Positions 55,273 through 64,000 of a DNA stretch of 64,000 nucleotides are shown here, piece by piece. Source of the DNA: Bacteroidales bacterium (GTDB lineage: Bacteria > Bacteroidota > Bacteroidia > Bacteroidales > WCHB1-69); the NCBI GenBank assembly GCA_045116675.1, contig JBGUMF010000017.1, positions 9,322-73,321 on the forward strand. Direction: 5' to 3'. Both the position numbers and the translations under genes were made by a program. The notes below the pieces were generated by a model. The model was not told where the DNA came from. It ran no database searches and was given only the letters and a program-made list of their open reading frames with translations. Every line of letters starts with the position of its first letter. Within the stretch, counting starts at the first letter, position 1.

Positions 55273-55839
55273 CTATTCGTTTAAAAAATCTTTGACCAGC
55301 TGGATAGTCTCCTGCTGCGCCTGCTCCAGCACATCGTTCAATATTATTTTATCAAACTGGGGAGAAAAGGAGAGCTCATATTCGGCTTTGTCCAACCGTT
55401 TCTGGAAGGATTCGGGCGATTCGGTGCCCCGGTTGCGGAGCCGGTTGGCCAGCTCTTCGATGGATGGCGGCTCGATGAAGATGGCCAGTGCTTGCCCGCC
55501 GAAGAATTTCTTGATGTTAAGCCCGCCTAACACGTCCACATCGAAGATGACCGTCTGGCCGTTTTGCCAGATGCGTTCCACCTCGCTTTTCAAGGAACCG
55601 TAGTATTGGTTTTCATACACCTCCTGCCATTCCAAAAACTCGTCGTTGTCCAAACGGGTTCTGAATTCGTCCGGGGTGATGAAATAGTAGTCCTTGCCGT
55701 CGGTCTCGTAGTCGCGCTTGGCGCGCGTTGTGGCAGATATGGAGAACTGGAGTTCGGGAACAGCCTGCAGGAGATGCCGCACAATGGATGTTTTCCCGGC
55801 ACCGGAAGGTGCTGATACGATGATGACTTTGCCTTGCAT
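55273..55839 (-). CDS. gmk: Guanylate kinase
   Basis: It has the P-loop SAPSGAGKTS and ATTRAKR. Length is 188 aa. A -7 motif (plus strand CAAAAGTA) lies at 55897-55904. Confidence 0.92.
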   Translation of the reverse strand: MQGKVIIVSAPSGAGKTSIVRHLLQAVPELQFSISATTRAKRDYETDGKDYYFITPDEFRTRLDNDEFLEWQEVYENQYYGSLKSEVERIWQNGQTVIFDVDVLGGLNIKKFFGGQALAIFIEPPSIEELANRLRNRGTESPESFQKRLDKAEYELSFSPQFDKIILNDVLEQAQQETIQLVKDFLNE

Positions 55840-55930
55840 TTTCCGTTAGTTTTGGACCTGCAACCCTGTTGGCCGGAGGTCGTTGGTTTTGCCATGCAAA
55901 AGTAGCAAAAAAACAAACGGGAACCGCAGG

Positions 55931-57367
55931 TTATTTTTGTCGTCTTTCAGCCCAGTAGTCTTTTATATGTCCCCAGTTGACGACGATTCCCGTCGAGGCG
56001 GTGATTTTCGACCAACGGGTCCAGTCAATGGCCGGGACGATGTTGTGGGCGGTGAAGAACACGTTGACGGGGCCGATATCAAAGCCAAGTCCTACACCCA
56101 AGTTGCCGTAGGATCTCCGTGCGAGCGTATAGGAGAGGCAGATGTCGAAAACGTGGAAGAAATGCCCGTTGTAGGCCACCGTCAGGGCGGGACGGAAGCT
56201 GTGGTTTACAAACGTGCCTTGGGCTAACAGAAAGATTCTATTGGACTTGTTCAAATCATATTGCCCCTGAATCAGGATTCTGGGATTGGTGAAGGTGCTG
56301 TAGCCGGAGATGGCCTCCGAGTGCAGGGGAAAATAGTCGGCCAAGGAGTCCAAAAAGGCGGCCCGGCCATCTTCATCGGCGAGCTGCATGATATCATCCT
56401 CGGAAAGTCCGGAGAAGAGGAAACCGCCGTCATGGTAGAAATGACCTCCGTCGGACATGGCACTGCTGACGTGCTGGGCGGATGTCTTCCAATGGATGAA
56501 TCCGAGGTCCAGGACGGAAACGGCGAGCGTGACTTTGTCGATGGGTTTGTACCGGAATCCCAAATCAATGCCAGCCCCCACGTTCTTGAAAGCGTTGGAC
56601 AGAAGCGACAGGTCCAAGTCCGCCATCATGATCTCGTATTTGCCATTGTCCAAATTCAACTGTATGGGTATGGCAGAGGCTAACCGGGCATCCGCATCGT
56701 ATTGCAGAAACATACTGTAGTCGTCTTCATTGGTGGTGATGGTGGCGTTCAGATTGCGGGTGTTGACATTAAAAGCCCCGAACAGCAGTTTGGCGTGTGC
56801 ACCCCATGAGATTTTGGAGTTCAGCTGATGCTGTATGCCCAGGCTGATCTCCTGATAAAGCGAGGCATGAATGCCCAAGGACAGCTTTGCGGGGTTCTCG
56901 TCACCTAAGTAGTTGAGGTTGCCCATCAAGGGGAATCCAATGAGGTCTTTGGAGAAAGATATGTTGGCATCACCTCGGAGACGATAGTCGAAAGAGAAAA
57001 AGAATTTTTTGGCGAAACGGAATCCGAATCCCAAGAGTGCCTCATCCAGATCCAGATGCAGATAATTGTTTTTTTGCTTGAGACTGTTTGCGAATTTGTT
57101 GGCCGTCAGAGAAATGGGATAGCCTTCCGCATCCGTCTCAAAGAGGTTCTTATACCGGATGGAGGAGTTATACAAGCCGATACCGAGATTGCCGATGCCG
57201 GGCACGGACACATATCCTTTGTAGAGCAGCAGCACTTCGGCAGAAGGGTCTGTGCGAAGCTGGTAGGGGTTCAGGTACATGAAATGTGTCAGCGGGGTTT
57301 CCTGTGCAGAGGCCGACAACATAGCCATAAACATGGCGAGGACAAGGGTTACAGTTCTTTTTTTCAT
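55931..57367 (-). CDS. Outer-membrane beta-barrel protein of unknown function
   Basis: It has a signal peptide (MKKRTVTLVLAMFMAMLSASAQ) and a long alternating-strand pattern. I prefer the ATG at 57367 over the listed GTG at 57373. Confidence 0.6.
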   Translation of the reverse strand: MKKRTVTLVLAMFMAMLSASAQETPLTHFMYLNPYQLRTDPSAEVLLLYKGYVSVPGIGNLGIGLYNSSIRYKNLFETDAEGYPISLTANKFANSLKQKNNYLHLDLDEALLGFGFRFAKKFFFSFDYRLRGDANISFSKDLIGFPLMGNLNYLGDENPAKLSLGIHASLYQEISLGIQHQLNSKISWGAHAKLLFGAFNVNTRNLNATITTNEDDYSMFLQYDADARLASAIPIQLNLDNGKYEIMMADLDLSLLSNAFKNVGAGIDLGFRYKPIDKVTLAVSVLDLGFIHWKTSAQHVSSAMSDGGHFYHDGGFLFSGLSEDDIMQLADEDGRAAFLDSLADYFPLHSEAISGYSTFTNPRILIQGQYDLNKSNRIFLLAQGTFVNHSFRPALTVAYNGHFFHVFDICLSYTLARRSYGNLGVGLGFDIGPVNVFFTAHNIVPAIDWTRWSKITASTGIVVNWGHIKDYWAERRQK

Positions 57368-57369
57368 GG

Positions 57370-58953
57370 TCACGGCTGAAGGTATTGGTTAGCTAATGAT
57401 CCCAAATCCACATCGAATTTGGCGGAGAGACGGACTTTGAGGACCTGGTCGCTGCGGATGGCCACCTGGTGGTCATCTGTGTTGACACCTGCCTTGAGGA
57501 TGATTTTGTCGCAGGAGAGCATCCGTTGTATCTGCGACACATCCTCTTTGGCGATATAGGCCTCGCACGGGACGGACATGCCACCATAGTAGCCGGGGAT
57601 GGCCATCGGGGAGGTGAACAGGGAGTCGCGGATGAGGTGCGCCTGACTGTCGTAGAAATAAGCCTGCATGTCAAAGCCGAGAGGAAGCTGGTTCTCAATT
57701 CGGAACCGGAACAGGATGTTGGAAATCCCGTTGATGTCCGGAATGTCGGCTCCTCCGAAATCCAGCGTGTCGTGGAAGGTGATCCGGTCGAGTTTCATTT
57801 TCAACGGCAGGGTGATGGCGATTTTCAGGTTTATGGTCTGGTGCTCCGTGACGGTGAGGACCGGCGTGTTCATCCCGTTGGGATTAAGCACCGCCGTGCC
57901 GGCGAAGTGCAGACTGCTCATGTTGGTGTTGAGGAACAGCGAAGAGGTGAGGGGAAGCGGTACAGACTCGAAATTTTGTGTGCTGGCCGGCATGTGGATG
58001 GTGACTGGCGAGGAGGACAACAAGGAGGTTGTCGATACACCCGTGCCGGAGAGGGATGCGTCACGAACGGTAAGGTCCGCCCCGATGGGGAAGGTGTTTT
58101 GCACGAGGCACTCCACCTGCGGGTTGTACAGCGTGATGGACCCGCCAAGCTGGCTCGACAAGAAACTCAAGTCAAAGTCCAGACTCTCATCCAATTCCAT
58201 GTCAAAGGCTTTGATGCGTCCGCGCAACTCCTCAAGAACAAGCTTCCTTGCCAGCACGGAGTATTGGATGACAGGGTCGTTCGGCACGTCCGCGCCCGAA
58301 GATACGGCGGTCAGGTGCAGGTAGATGTCCGCCTTGTTGACGGCATTGGGCACCAGCGTGTAGCCCGACAAGTCCAAATCTATTTGGTTGTCTTCGTAGG
58401 CGTTGATGTTGTACGTGACATGGAAATCCTGATTGGAGGCATCTTTAATCTGGGGGGAAGAGACTTCCACGGTGAAATTGATGGGGATGTCGTGGGCAAG
58501 ATGCAAGGTCAGCAGGCCGGACTTGATGCGGGCATATTCCAATACAGCCTCGTCGGAGGGAAACTCCAGCGTGGTGGTGTCATTGTACAGCGTGAACGAA
58601 ATCTGCGGTAGATGAGGGAAATGGCTCCCCGAAACCGTCAGGGTCTTCGACTTTGAAATGACTTTGTCTTTCATGATGCCCAACAGCTGATCGGAGGAAA
58701 TCAACGAATCTTTCTCCAGCTGATACGTGATTTCCAGAGTGCCGTCGTCGCCAGTTTGGATGAACGATGGATTGTCAGCCAAGGTGAGAATGTCGCCAAT
58801 CGAAAGGTCGGCATTTACCAGCGGGATTCCCCACGAACCTTCGGCGTCGATGCCGTTCATCCGCGAAAAATCGTATGCGGTACGCTTGCAGGAGAAACAG
58901 AACAGCATAAGCAGTCCCCAGAAGCAAATGCATAGTATGTGTCGGTGTTTCAT
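57370..58953 (-). CDS. Lipoprotein of unknown function, operonic with the downstream OM barrel
   Basis: It has a signal sequence plus lipobox (LMLFCFSC). A -7 motif (plus strand CAAAGATA, 58984-58991) lies 31 nt upstream of the ATG at 58953. Confidence 0.6.
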   Translation of the reverse strand: MKHRHILCICFWGLLMLFCFSCKRTAYDFSRMNGIDAEGSWGIPLVNADLSIGDILTLADNPSFIQTGDDGTLEITYQLEKDSLISSDQLLGIMKDKVISKSKTLTVSGSHFPHLPQISFTLYNDTTTLEFPSDEAVLEYARIKSGLLTLHLAHDIPINFTVEVSSPQIKDASNQDFHVTYNINAYEDNQIDLDLSGYTLVPNAVNKADIYLHLTAVSSGADVPNDPVIQYSVLARKLVLEELRGRIKAFDMELDESLDFDLSFLSSQLGGSITLYNPQVECLVQNTFPIGADLTVRDASLSGTGVSTTSLLSSSPVTIHMPASTQNFESVPLPLTSSLFLNTNMSSLHFAGTAVLNPNGMNTPVLTVTEHQTINLKIAITLPLKMKLDRITFHDTLDFGGADIPDINGISNILFRFRIENQLPLGFDMQAYFYDSQAHLIRDSLFTSPMAIPGYYGGMSVPCEAYIAKEDVSQIQRMLSCDKIILKAGVNTDDHQVAIRSDQVLKVRLSAKFDVDLGSLANQYLQP

Positions 58954-59043
58954 ATTGAAAACGGTTTGTATAATTTCAAGCGGCAAAGATACAAGAAATT
59001 TAATTGAATATACCCATGAATGTTGGATAAAAAGCTGATTTCA

Positions 59044-59982
59044 TTATTCTTCCGGCAAGGCCTTGAAACCCAACCCCATAATCTCCGAACTTTCAATCAC
59101 ATTCACAAAGGCTTTCGGGTCCAAACGACGAAGGTTGGCCTTGAGCTTGATGAGGTCGGTGCGGTCCAGCGTGACGTATATCATCTTGCGTTCCGTGCCC
59201 TGGTACATGCCCAGACCGGCGAAAATCGTGCCGCCGCGCTTCATGTCGTGCAGGATGAAGTCGCGCACCTCGTCGGTCTTGTCCGTGACAATGAAGGCCG
59301 TCTTGTACGACTTGAGGCCGTCCACGATGAGGTCGATGACTTTGCTCTCGATGGCGATGAGGATGATGGAATAGATGGGCAGACGGATCTGCTTGAAGGC
59401 GATGAGGGTGGTGAGCGTGATGCAGGAATCCACGATGAGCACCAGGGTGCCGAGCGAGATCTTCGTGTATTTGTGCAGGATCATGGAGATGATGTCGCTG
59501 CCGCCGGAAGTGGCTCCCGACTTGAATATCAACCCGATGGCGACGCCGTAGATGACGCCGGCCACCACCGTGTTGAGGAAGTAGTCCGGAATGAAGAACA
59601 GGGTGCTGTGCGGAATCTGCACGGCGTTGTGGATGCCCGCGGCCTGCTCCACGATGCCTTCGTGGATGACCGGGTTGTAACCCCACAGGGTCTCAATCAG
59701 CCAGGTGAAGGCGAAGATGAGAATAGTGGAGACCACCGTTTTGATGCCGAATCGCGGTCCGAGAATCCAGGTGCCGATCAGCAGCAGCGGGATATCCATA
59801 CAGATGGCGTAGAAGCTGATCTTCCACGGCCATACCGTGTTGAGCACGTTGGCCAGACCGTAGGTGCCACCAGGGGCAAGCAGGTACGGGTTGACGAACA
59901 TCACATCGCCCACGGCAAACAGCAGGCTGCCAATCACCAGGAGCGTGTAGGCTATAAGTTGGTCTTTCAGATTGGATTTCAT
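59044..59982 (-). CDS. YitT-family membrane protein (DUF2179 C-terminal domain)
   Basis: The N-terminus (LLVIGSLLFAVGDVMFVNPYLLAPGGTYGLA) and a soluble C-terminal domain are typical of YitT. Confidence 0.78.
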   Translation of the reverse strand: MKSNLKDQLIAYTLLVIGSLLFAVGDVMFVNPYLLAPGGTYGLANVLNTVWPWKISFYAICMDIPLLLIGTWILGPRFGIKTVVSTILIFAFTWLIETLWGYNPVIHEGIVEQAAGIHNAVQIPHSTLFFIPDYFLNTVVAGVIYGVAIGLIFKSGATSGGSDIISMILHKYTKISLGTLVLIVDSCITLTTLIAFKQIRLPIYSIILIAIESKVIDLIVDGLKSYKTAFIVTDKTDEVRDFILHDMKRGGTIFAGLGMYQGTERKMIYVTLDRTDLIKLKANLRRLDPKAFVNVIESSEIMGLGFKALPEE

Positions 59983-60038
59983 CGGATTTGTTTTTTAGAA
60001 GTGTGAAATATTGTTTGGTGTAAAATAGGTTTTGACAA

Positions 60039-60383
60039 TTAGAAAACAACGGGCAGCAGCAGTTCCACCATGAGGGCCACCAATACGGCCACCAAGGCCA
60101 CACGCACGAGACCGCGGTTTTTCCACGACATCACGATGGCCACCACCGTGGCGATGATGGCGGAGGCGTAGTGCGGCGAGGTGGCTCCCGTGGGTGTGGT
60201 GGAGTAGATGACACCCGGGAAGGTCATGGCCGAGAGGACGCAGAAGGGGATGTAGTAGAGGAAATCCTGAAACCATTCGTTGTCTAATTTCCGGCGCACG
60301 AACCCGATGGGGATGACGCGGATGAGGTAGGTGGTGAGGGCCATGATGACCATCGCAACGGCCACGTTCTGCATACTACACAT
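60039..60383 (-). CDS. azlD: AzlD-family branched-chain amino acid transport protein
   Basis: It is small and hydrophobic, with ALTTYLIRVIPIGFVRRK, and lies immediately downstream of azlC. The start is the ATG at 60383 or 60374. Confidence 0.75.
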   Translation of the reverse strand: MCSMQNVAVAMVIMALTTYLIRVIPIGFVRRKLDNEWFQDFLYYIPFCVLSAMTFPGVIYSTTPTGATSPHYASAIIATVVAIVMSWKNRGLVRVALVAVLVALMVELLLPVVF

Positions 60384-61116
60384 GGGCACCTCCTTCCTGA
60401 TGTTGTCTTCTCCGGAAACGCTTCACCTCCTTGATGGAAGCGCACACGGCAGCACCCACGATAGCCGAGATGATGATGGCCCAGCCCCCGCCACCGCTCT
60501 TGCCGAGCACGTCCAGCCCGGGCACGTAGGTGAAGAGGCACGACAGCAGGGCCGACAGGATGATGGCGATGGCCACCTTGCGCCCTGTGCGCGCCGGCGG
60601 GATGATGATGGCGATGAACATGCAGTACAGCGCGATGCCGAAACAGCCTTGCAGCATGGGCGACAGCAGGCTCGAGGCCACGGCCCCCAGGCAGGTGCCC
60701 AGCGTCCACCCGAAGATGGGGGTGATCATCAGCCCCCCGAAGAACGGGAACTTCACGTCCTCCTTCTCCATGGCCGCCAGGGCGAACACCTCGTCGGTGA
60801 TGCAGAAAGCCATGATGGCCCGCTTGTAGAAGGGCATGTCGGAGGCCACCTTCTGCGACAGCGACAGCGACATCAGCATGTAGCGGAGGTTGATGACGAA
60901 GGTGGTGATGACGAGCTCGATGTAGGGGGCGCCTCCCTCGATGAGGCGGATGCCGGCAAACTGCCCCGCCGAGGCCATGTTGGTGAGGGATATGATAGTG
61001 GCCTCCAACGGGTTGAAGCCCATCTTGACGGCAATCAACCCGAAGGTGAACGACACGGGAATGTAGCCCAAACAGATGGGAAATCCCGTTTTCAAACCCC
61101 TAACAAACTCATTCAT
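60376..61116 (-). CDS. azlC: AzlC-family permease
   Basis: The call rests on GFPICLGYIPVSFTFGLIAV and its pairing with azlD. A -7 motif (plus strand CAAAGATA) lies at 61146-61153. Confidence 0.8.
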   Translation of the reverse strand: MNEFVRGLKTGFPICLGYIPVSFTFGLIAVKMGFNPLEATIISLTNMASAGQFAGIRLIEGGAPYIELVITTFVINLRYMLMSLSLSQKVASDMPFYKRAIMAFCITDEVFALAAMEKEDVKFPFFGGLMITPIFGWTLGTCLGAVASSLLSPMLQGCFGIALYCMFIAIIIPPARTGRKVAIAIILSALLSCLFTYVPGLDVLGKSGGGGWAIIISAIVGAAVCASIKEVKRFRRRQHQEGGAHV

Positions 61117-61231
61117 AAATAGTTGATGGTTTTTATTTCAGGGTGCAAAGATACAATATTTCGGGGAAATAATATCGTGTCGCACATTTGCTTTTGTCAC
61201 TTTCTATCATAAAACTTCATCCAACTTTTCG

Positions 61232-61239
61232 TACTTTTG
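61232..61239 (+). promoter_or_regulatory. -7 promoter motif TACTTTTG for the PAS gene
   Basis: It lies 22 nt upstream of the ATG at 61261. The listed TTG start at 61237 lies inside this motif. Confidence 0.55.
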
Positions 61240-61260
61240 CGCCATAAAAAAATTACCACC

Positions 61261-61599
61261 ATGCTCGAATATTTCAACGAAGTGCCCTATTCCGTCACCG
61301 TGTGCGACAAGGACGGAAAGATTTTGGAAATGAATGAGATGGCCGTGAACGTGCTCAGCCACGGACAGCAGATCATCGGCCACAACCTCCTCGATTGCCA
61401 TCCCGAGCCCGCGCGCACCAAGCTGGCGGAGATGCTTCAGAACCACAACGTGAACGCCTATACCATCGAGAAGAACGGCAAGAAAAAGCTCATCTACCAG
61501 TCGCCCTGGTTCCAGAACGGCGAGTTTGCCGGCTACATCGAGCTCTCGATGGAGATTCCGATGGAGATGCCGCATTATGTGCGAATGCCGAAAAATTAA
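61261..61599 (+). CDS. Stand-alone PAS-domain protein
   Basis: VTVCDKDGKILEMNEMAV...IGHNLLDCHPEPA...YTIEKNGKKKLIYQSPWF fits a PAS fold pattern. Confidence 0.65.
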   Translation: MLEYFNEVPYSVTVCDKDGKILEMNEMAVNVLSHGQQIIGHNLLDCHPEPARTKLAEMLQNHNVNAYTIEKNGKKKLIYQSPWFQNGEFAGYIELSMEIPMEMPHYVRMPKN

Positions 61600-61666
61600 T
61601 CGGTTGACTTTTTGTAGTTATTTTCACTTTTGCTGCGTTTATAATAAAGAATAAAAACATCGCAAT

Positions 61667-62347
61667 ATGAAAAACATTTTTACAACAGTGGCACTCTGCC
61701 TAGTATGTGCCTTCGGCGTTTTCGCCCAAAATTACACCACAGTCCAAATCACGCCCGTCAATGGTGTGCTGACAGTCAATGGGGTAGATCAGATTTCCAT
61801 TCCGAATTTCGATCCCAGTGAGGTCCAGCTGGAACCGATGTCGGGATTCGTGGCCGTGCCCAACGCCGACCAAATGTACACGGTAGCGGAATACGCCTCC
61901 CTGGACGATGTGTGGAGCGCGTGCAATGGCTCTGCGGTCTGGACCAGCAATCTGGTCACGCTGGACACCTATTCCGGGCAAGGCATGAACACCGGGTACG
62001 CCGCCTTGAAATTCTCCGGCACCCCGAACACCTATGGCTATGCCAAGTTCGACAAAAGTGTGTCGGGAGGCTGGACGGAGTTTGGCTATTTCACGGATGG
62101 CGTGGGCGTTACGGATTGGTCGAACACCATTGCCGTTTACCCGAATCCGGTGGTGGAAACCCTCTGCATCAACAATGCTGAAGGATCTCATGTGGCCATT
62201 TACAACATGAAGGGCCAGCAGGTGAGATTGGTTGAGCATGCGGACGCCAACACCACGGTCAATGTCTCGTCGTTGTCGGCAGGTGTCTATTTCGTGCGCA
62301 TCACGGGCGACAACCGCGTGAACACGGTGAAGTTCGTGAAGGAGTAA
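61667..62347 (+). CDS. Secreted protein with a T9SS type A C-terminal sorting domain
   Basis: It has a signal peptide and a C-terminal CTD (VYPNPVVETLCI...YNMKGQQV...LSAGVYFVRITGDN..NTVKFVKE). Confidence 0.82.
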   Translation: MKNIFTTVALCLVCAFGVFAQNYTTVQITPVNGVLTVNGVDQISIPNFDPSEVQLEPMSGFVAVPNADQMYTVAEYASLDDVWSACNGSAVWTSNLVTLDTYSGQGMNTGYAALKFSGTPNTYGYAKFDKSVSGGWTEFGYFTDGVGVTDWSNTIAVYPNPVVETLCINNAEGSHVAIYNMKGQQVRLVEHADANTTVNVSSLSAGVYFVRITGDNRVNTVKFVKE

Positions 62348-62438
62348 GCGCGGCGTGCGGAAAAGGACTTCCATATGAAAATATTGAGCCTTTAATCGAA
62401 AGGTTTATTTCCCATCGTACTGTCGATTCTACTATCAA

Positions 62439-62465
62439 ATCATGCAGGCCATTGGCCTGCATGAT
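62439..62465 (+). terminator. Perfect 12-bp stem hairpin downstream of the T9SS cargo gene
   Basis: The structure is atcatgcaggcc-att-ggcctgcatgat, followed by ggttttgtatttg. Confidence 0.6.
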
Positions 62466-62482
62466 GGTTTTGTATTTGTCAT

Positions 62483-62504
62483 TTTTAACAATTAATTGTT
62501 AAAA
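62483..62504. repeat. 22-bp perfect palindrome: ttttaacaatt|aattgttaaaa
   Basis: Read directly from the sequence. It lies 34 nt upstream of a -7 motif (62538-62545). A second -7 motif is at 62623-62630, before rlmB. Confidence 0.7.
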
Positions 62505-62655
62505 GTAATTGATAATCAATTTGTTGAATAAAATTATTATCTTTGCGCATTGATAGAAGATGACGGATATGAAAGAAGAATTATTACCCCGCAGATGCTA
62601 ACCGAAATCCCGACTTTTTTGCTATTTTTGCACCTCCAATTCCAATACTACCGCA

Positions 62656-63420
62656 ATGTACCCCAAACAATCCCAAGATAACACTGCCCTCATCTACGGC
62701 ATGCGCCCCATCTTCGAGGCGATGGAGAGCGGCAAGACCATCGACAAGGTGCTCTTCCAGAAAGGGCTTCAGGGCGAGCTGTTCAAGCAGCTCTTTTACG
62801 AGGTTCGCCAGCACAAGATCCCGTTCCAATATGTGCCCTTGGAGAAACTGAACCGCCTCACGCGCAACAACCATCAAGGGGTGGTGGCGTTCCTCTCCGC
62901 CATCGAGTACAGCAGCATCTTCGACATCGTGCCCACCATTTTTGAGGAGGGTAGGGTCCCGTTTTTGCTGCTCCTCGACAAGATCACCGACGTGCGCAAC
63001 GTGGGTGCGATTGCCCGCTCCGCGGAATGTGCGGGCGTGGATGCCATTATCCTGCCCCTCAACGGCGGCGCACAGCTCAACGAGGATGCGGTGAAGAGTT
63101 CCGCCGGAGCACTGAACAAAATACCCGTCTGCCGCCACTCCAACTTGGTGGAAGTGATACAGTATCTCAAAGATTCTGGCATCGAGGTGGTGGGCGTGAC
63201 CGAGAAGGCCAACCACGCGCTCTACAACAAGGATATGACCGGCCCGCTCTGCCTCATCATGGGCAACGAGTACGAGGGCATCGCGTGGGACTACCTGCGC
63301 CATTGCAACGACACCATCACCATCCCTATGGTGGGCACAATCCGTTCGCTCAACGTCTCCGTGGCCACCGGCATCACCCTCTTCGAGGTGGTGAAACAAC
63401 GCAATCCCGTGAAAGAATGA
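62656..63420 (+). CDS. rlmB: 23S rRNA (guanosine-2'-O)-methyltransferase RlmB (SpoU/TrmH family)
   Basis: It has an N-terminal substrate-binding domain and SpoU motifs (DPRNVGAIARSAE-like: TDVRNVGAIARSAECAG; IMGNEYEGI; IPMVGTIRSLNVSVA). Confidence 0.88.
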   Translation: MYPKQSQDNTALIYGMRPIFEAMESGKTIDKVLFQKGLQGELFKQLFYEVRQHKIPFQYVPLEKLNRLTRNNHQGVVAFLSAIEYSSIFDIVPTIFEEGRVPFLLLLDKITDVRNVGAIARSAECAGVDAIILPLNGGAQLNEDAVKSSAGALNKIPVCRHSNLVEVIQYLKDSGIEVVGVTEKANHALYNKDMTGPLCLIMGNEYEGIAWDYLRHCNDTITIPMVGTIRSLNVSVATGITLFEVVKQRNPVKE

Positions 63421-63926
63421 AGAAGATAGGACTGCTTTCCGATACGCACGGCTATCTGCACCCCGACGCGTTTGAATTTTTCAAAGGTTGCGACGAGATT
63501 TGGCACGCGGGCGACATTATGGACGACTTCATCCTCGATGAATTAGCCGCCATTGCGCCTACCGTGCGCGCGGTGTACGGCAACTGCGACGACTGGGACA
63601 TCCGTCGCGAGATTCCTGAGAATCAGGTTTTCCAGTGCGAGCAGCACACTGTGGCCATCCGCCACATCGTGGGCTACCCTGGAAAATACGATTCGAGAGC
63701 ATTGGAACTGATTCACGAAGCCAAACCTACTATCTTGGTGGCCGGCCACTCGCATATCCTCAAGGTGATGAACGACAAGCAGCACAACCTTCTGTTTCTC
63801 AATCCCGGCGCGGCGGGACGCTACGGCTTCCATACCCGCCTCACGATGATGCGCCTCAAAATTGACGGCGAACGTGTCTTCGACTTGGAAATCTTCGATG
63901 AACCCAAACTCCAACCTGTGAAATGA
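63417..63926 (+). CDS. YfcE/MJ0936-family metallophosphoesterase
   Basis: It has MKKIGLLSDTHG, HAGD, GNCD and GHSH motifs. It has an ATGA overlap with rlmB. The listed ORF start at 63027 is a spurious upstream extension. Confidence 0.85.
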   Translation: MKKIGLLSDTHGYLHPDAFEFFKGCDEIWHAGDIMDDFILDELAAIAPTVRAVYGNCDDWDIRREIPENQVFQCEQHTVAIRHIVGYPGKYDSRALELIHEAKPTILVAGHSHILKVMNDKQHNLLFLNPGAAGRYGFHTRLTMMRLKIDGERVFDLEIFDEPKLQPVK

Positions 63927-64000
63927 TGAGTGAAGAGCATCCCATAATCACCGTTTTAGGTCCCACCGCGACCGGCAAGACGCACATCGCGGTGCGCTTG
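63923..64000 (+). CDS. miaA: tRNA dimethylallyltransferase, 5' end only (runs off the window)
   Basis: My hand translation gives MMSEEHPIITVLGPTATGKTHIAVRL, which is the MiaA P-loop N-terminus. Confidence 0.7.
   Translation, partial: MMSEEHPIITVLGPTATGKTHIAVRL

Noticed and set aside
63027-63416. N-terminal 130-aa extension of the phosphoesterase ORF
   Set aside because: It overlaps rlmB in another frame with an Arg/Gly/Pro-rich product. The conserved MKKIGLLSDTHG start at 63417 forms an ATGA junction with rlmB.

Overview
This looks like a chromosomal segment from a Bacteroidales-type bacterium. The evidence for that is TAnnTTTG (-7) promoter motifs 20-80 nt upstream of many starts, a UpxY/NusG-like capsule antiterminator, a T9SS C-terminal sorting domain, many lipoproteins and OMPs, and almost no Shine-Dalgarno sites. 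The backbone is GC-rich (about 55-68% by my hand counts on sampled 60-nt lines). It carries hydF, rimO, rluD, rpmH (missing from the ORF track), a SurA-like PPIase, moxR, a histidine kinase, meaB, lon, rpmE2, purE, prfA, a UvrD/PD-(D/E)xK helicase-nuclease, gmk, azlCD, rlmB and the 5' end of miaA. There are two glycan loci: a UpxY-led capsule operon (wzx, tagD, twin AsnB-like ligases, licD, wecB, GT32) and a heptose locus (GT4, hddA, hddC, gmhA, PMM, flippase, GT4). A convergent GT2+YfhO pair sits between them. The most interesting part is a low-GC cargo block of about 7.3 kb (about 7085-14400), co-directional with the capsule operon and lying between wzx and tagD. It carries a DUF4143-type ATPase, a wHTH fragment, and a HipA-like kinase followed (not preceded) by a HipS-like gene. 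It also carries a tight three-gene operon (2TM protein, small acidic protein, frameshifted long PIN-like nuclease) and a cytoplasmic trypsin-like protease. A canonical tripartite hipB-hipS-hipT module and a DinJ-PIN cassette lie elsewhere. Several ORF-track starts are TTG/GTG extensions that overlap the promoter motif, and I re-assigned those to the downstream ATG. I recognised no rRNA, tRNA, CRISPR array, integrase or transposase. All homology calls come from motif recognition by eye and none was searched against a database.
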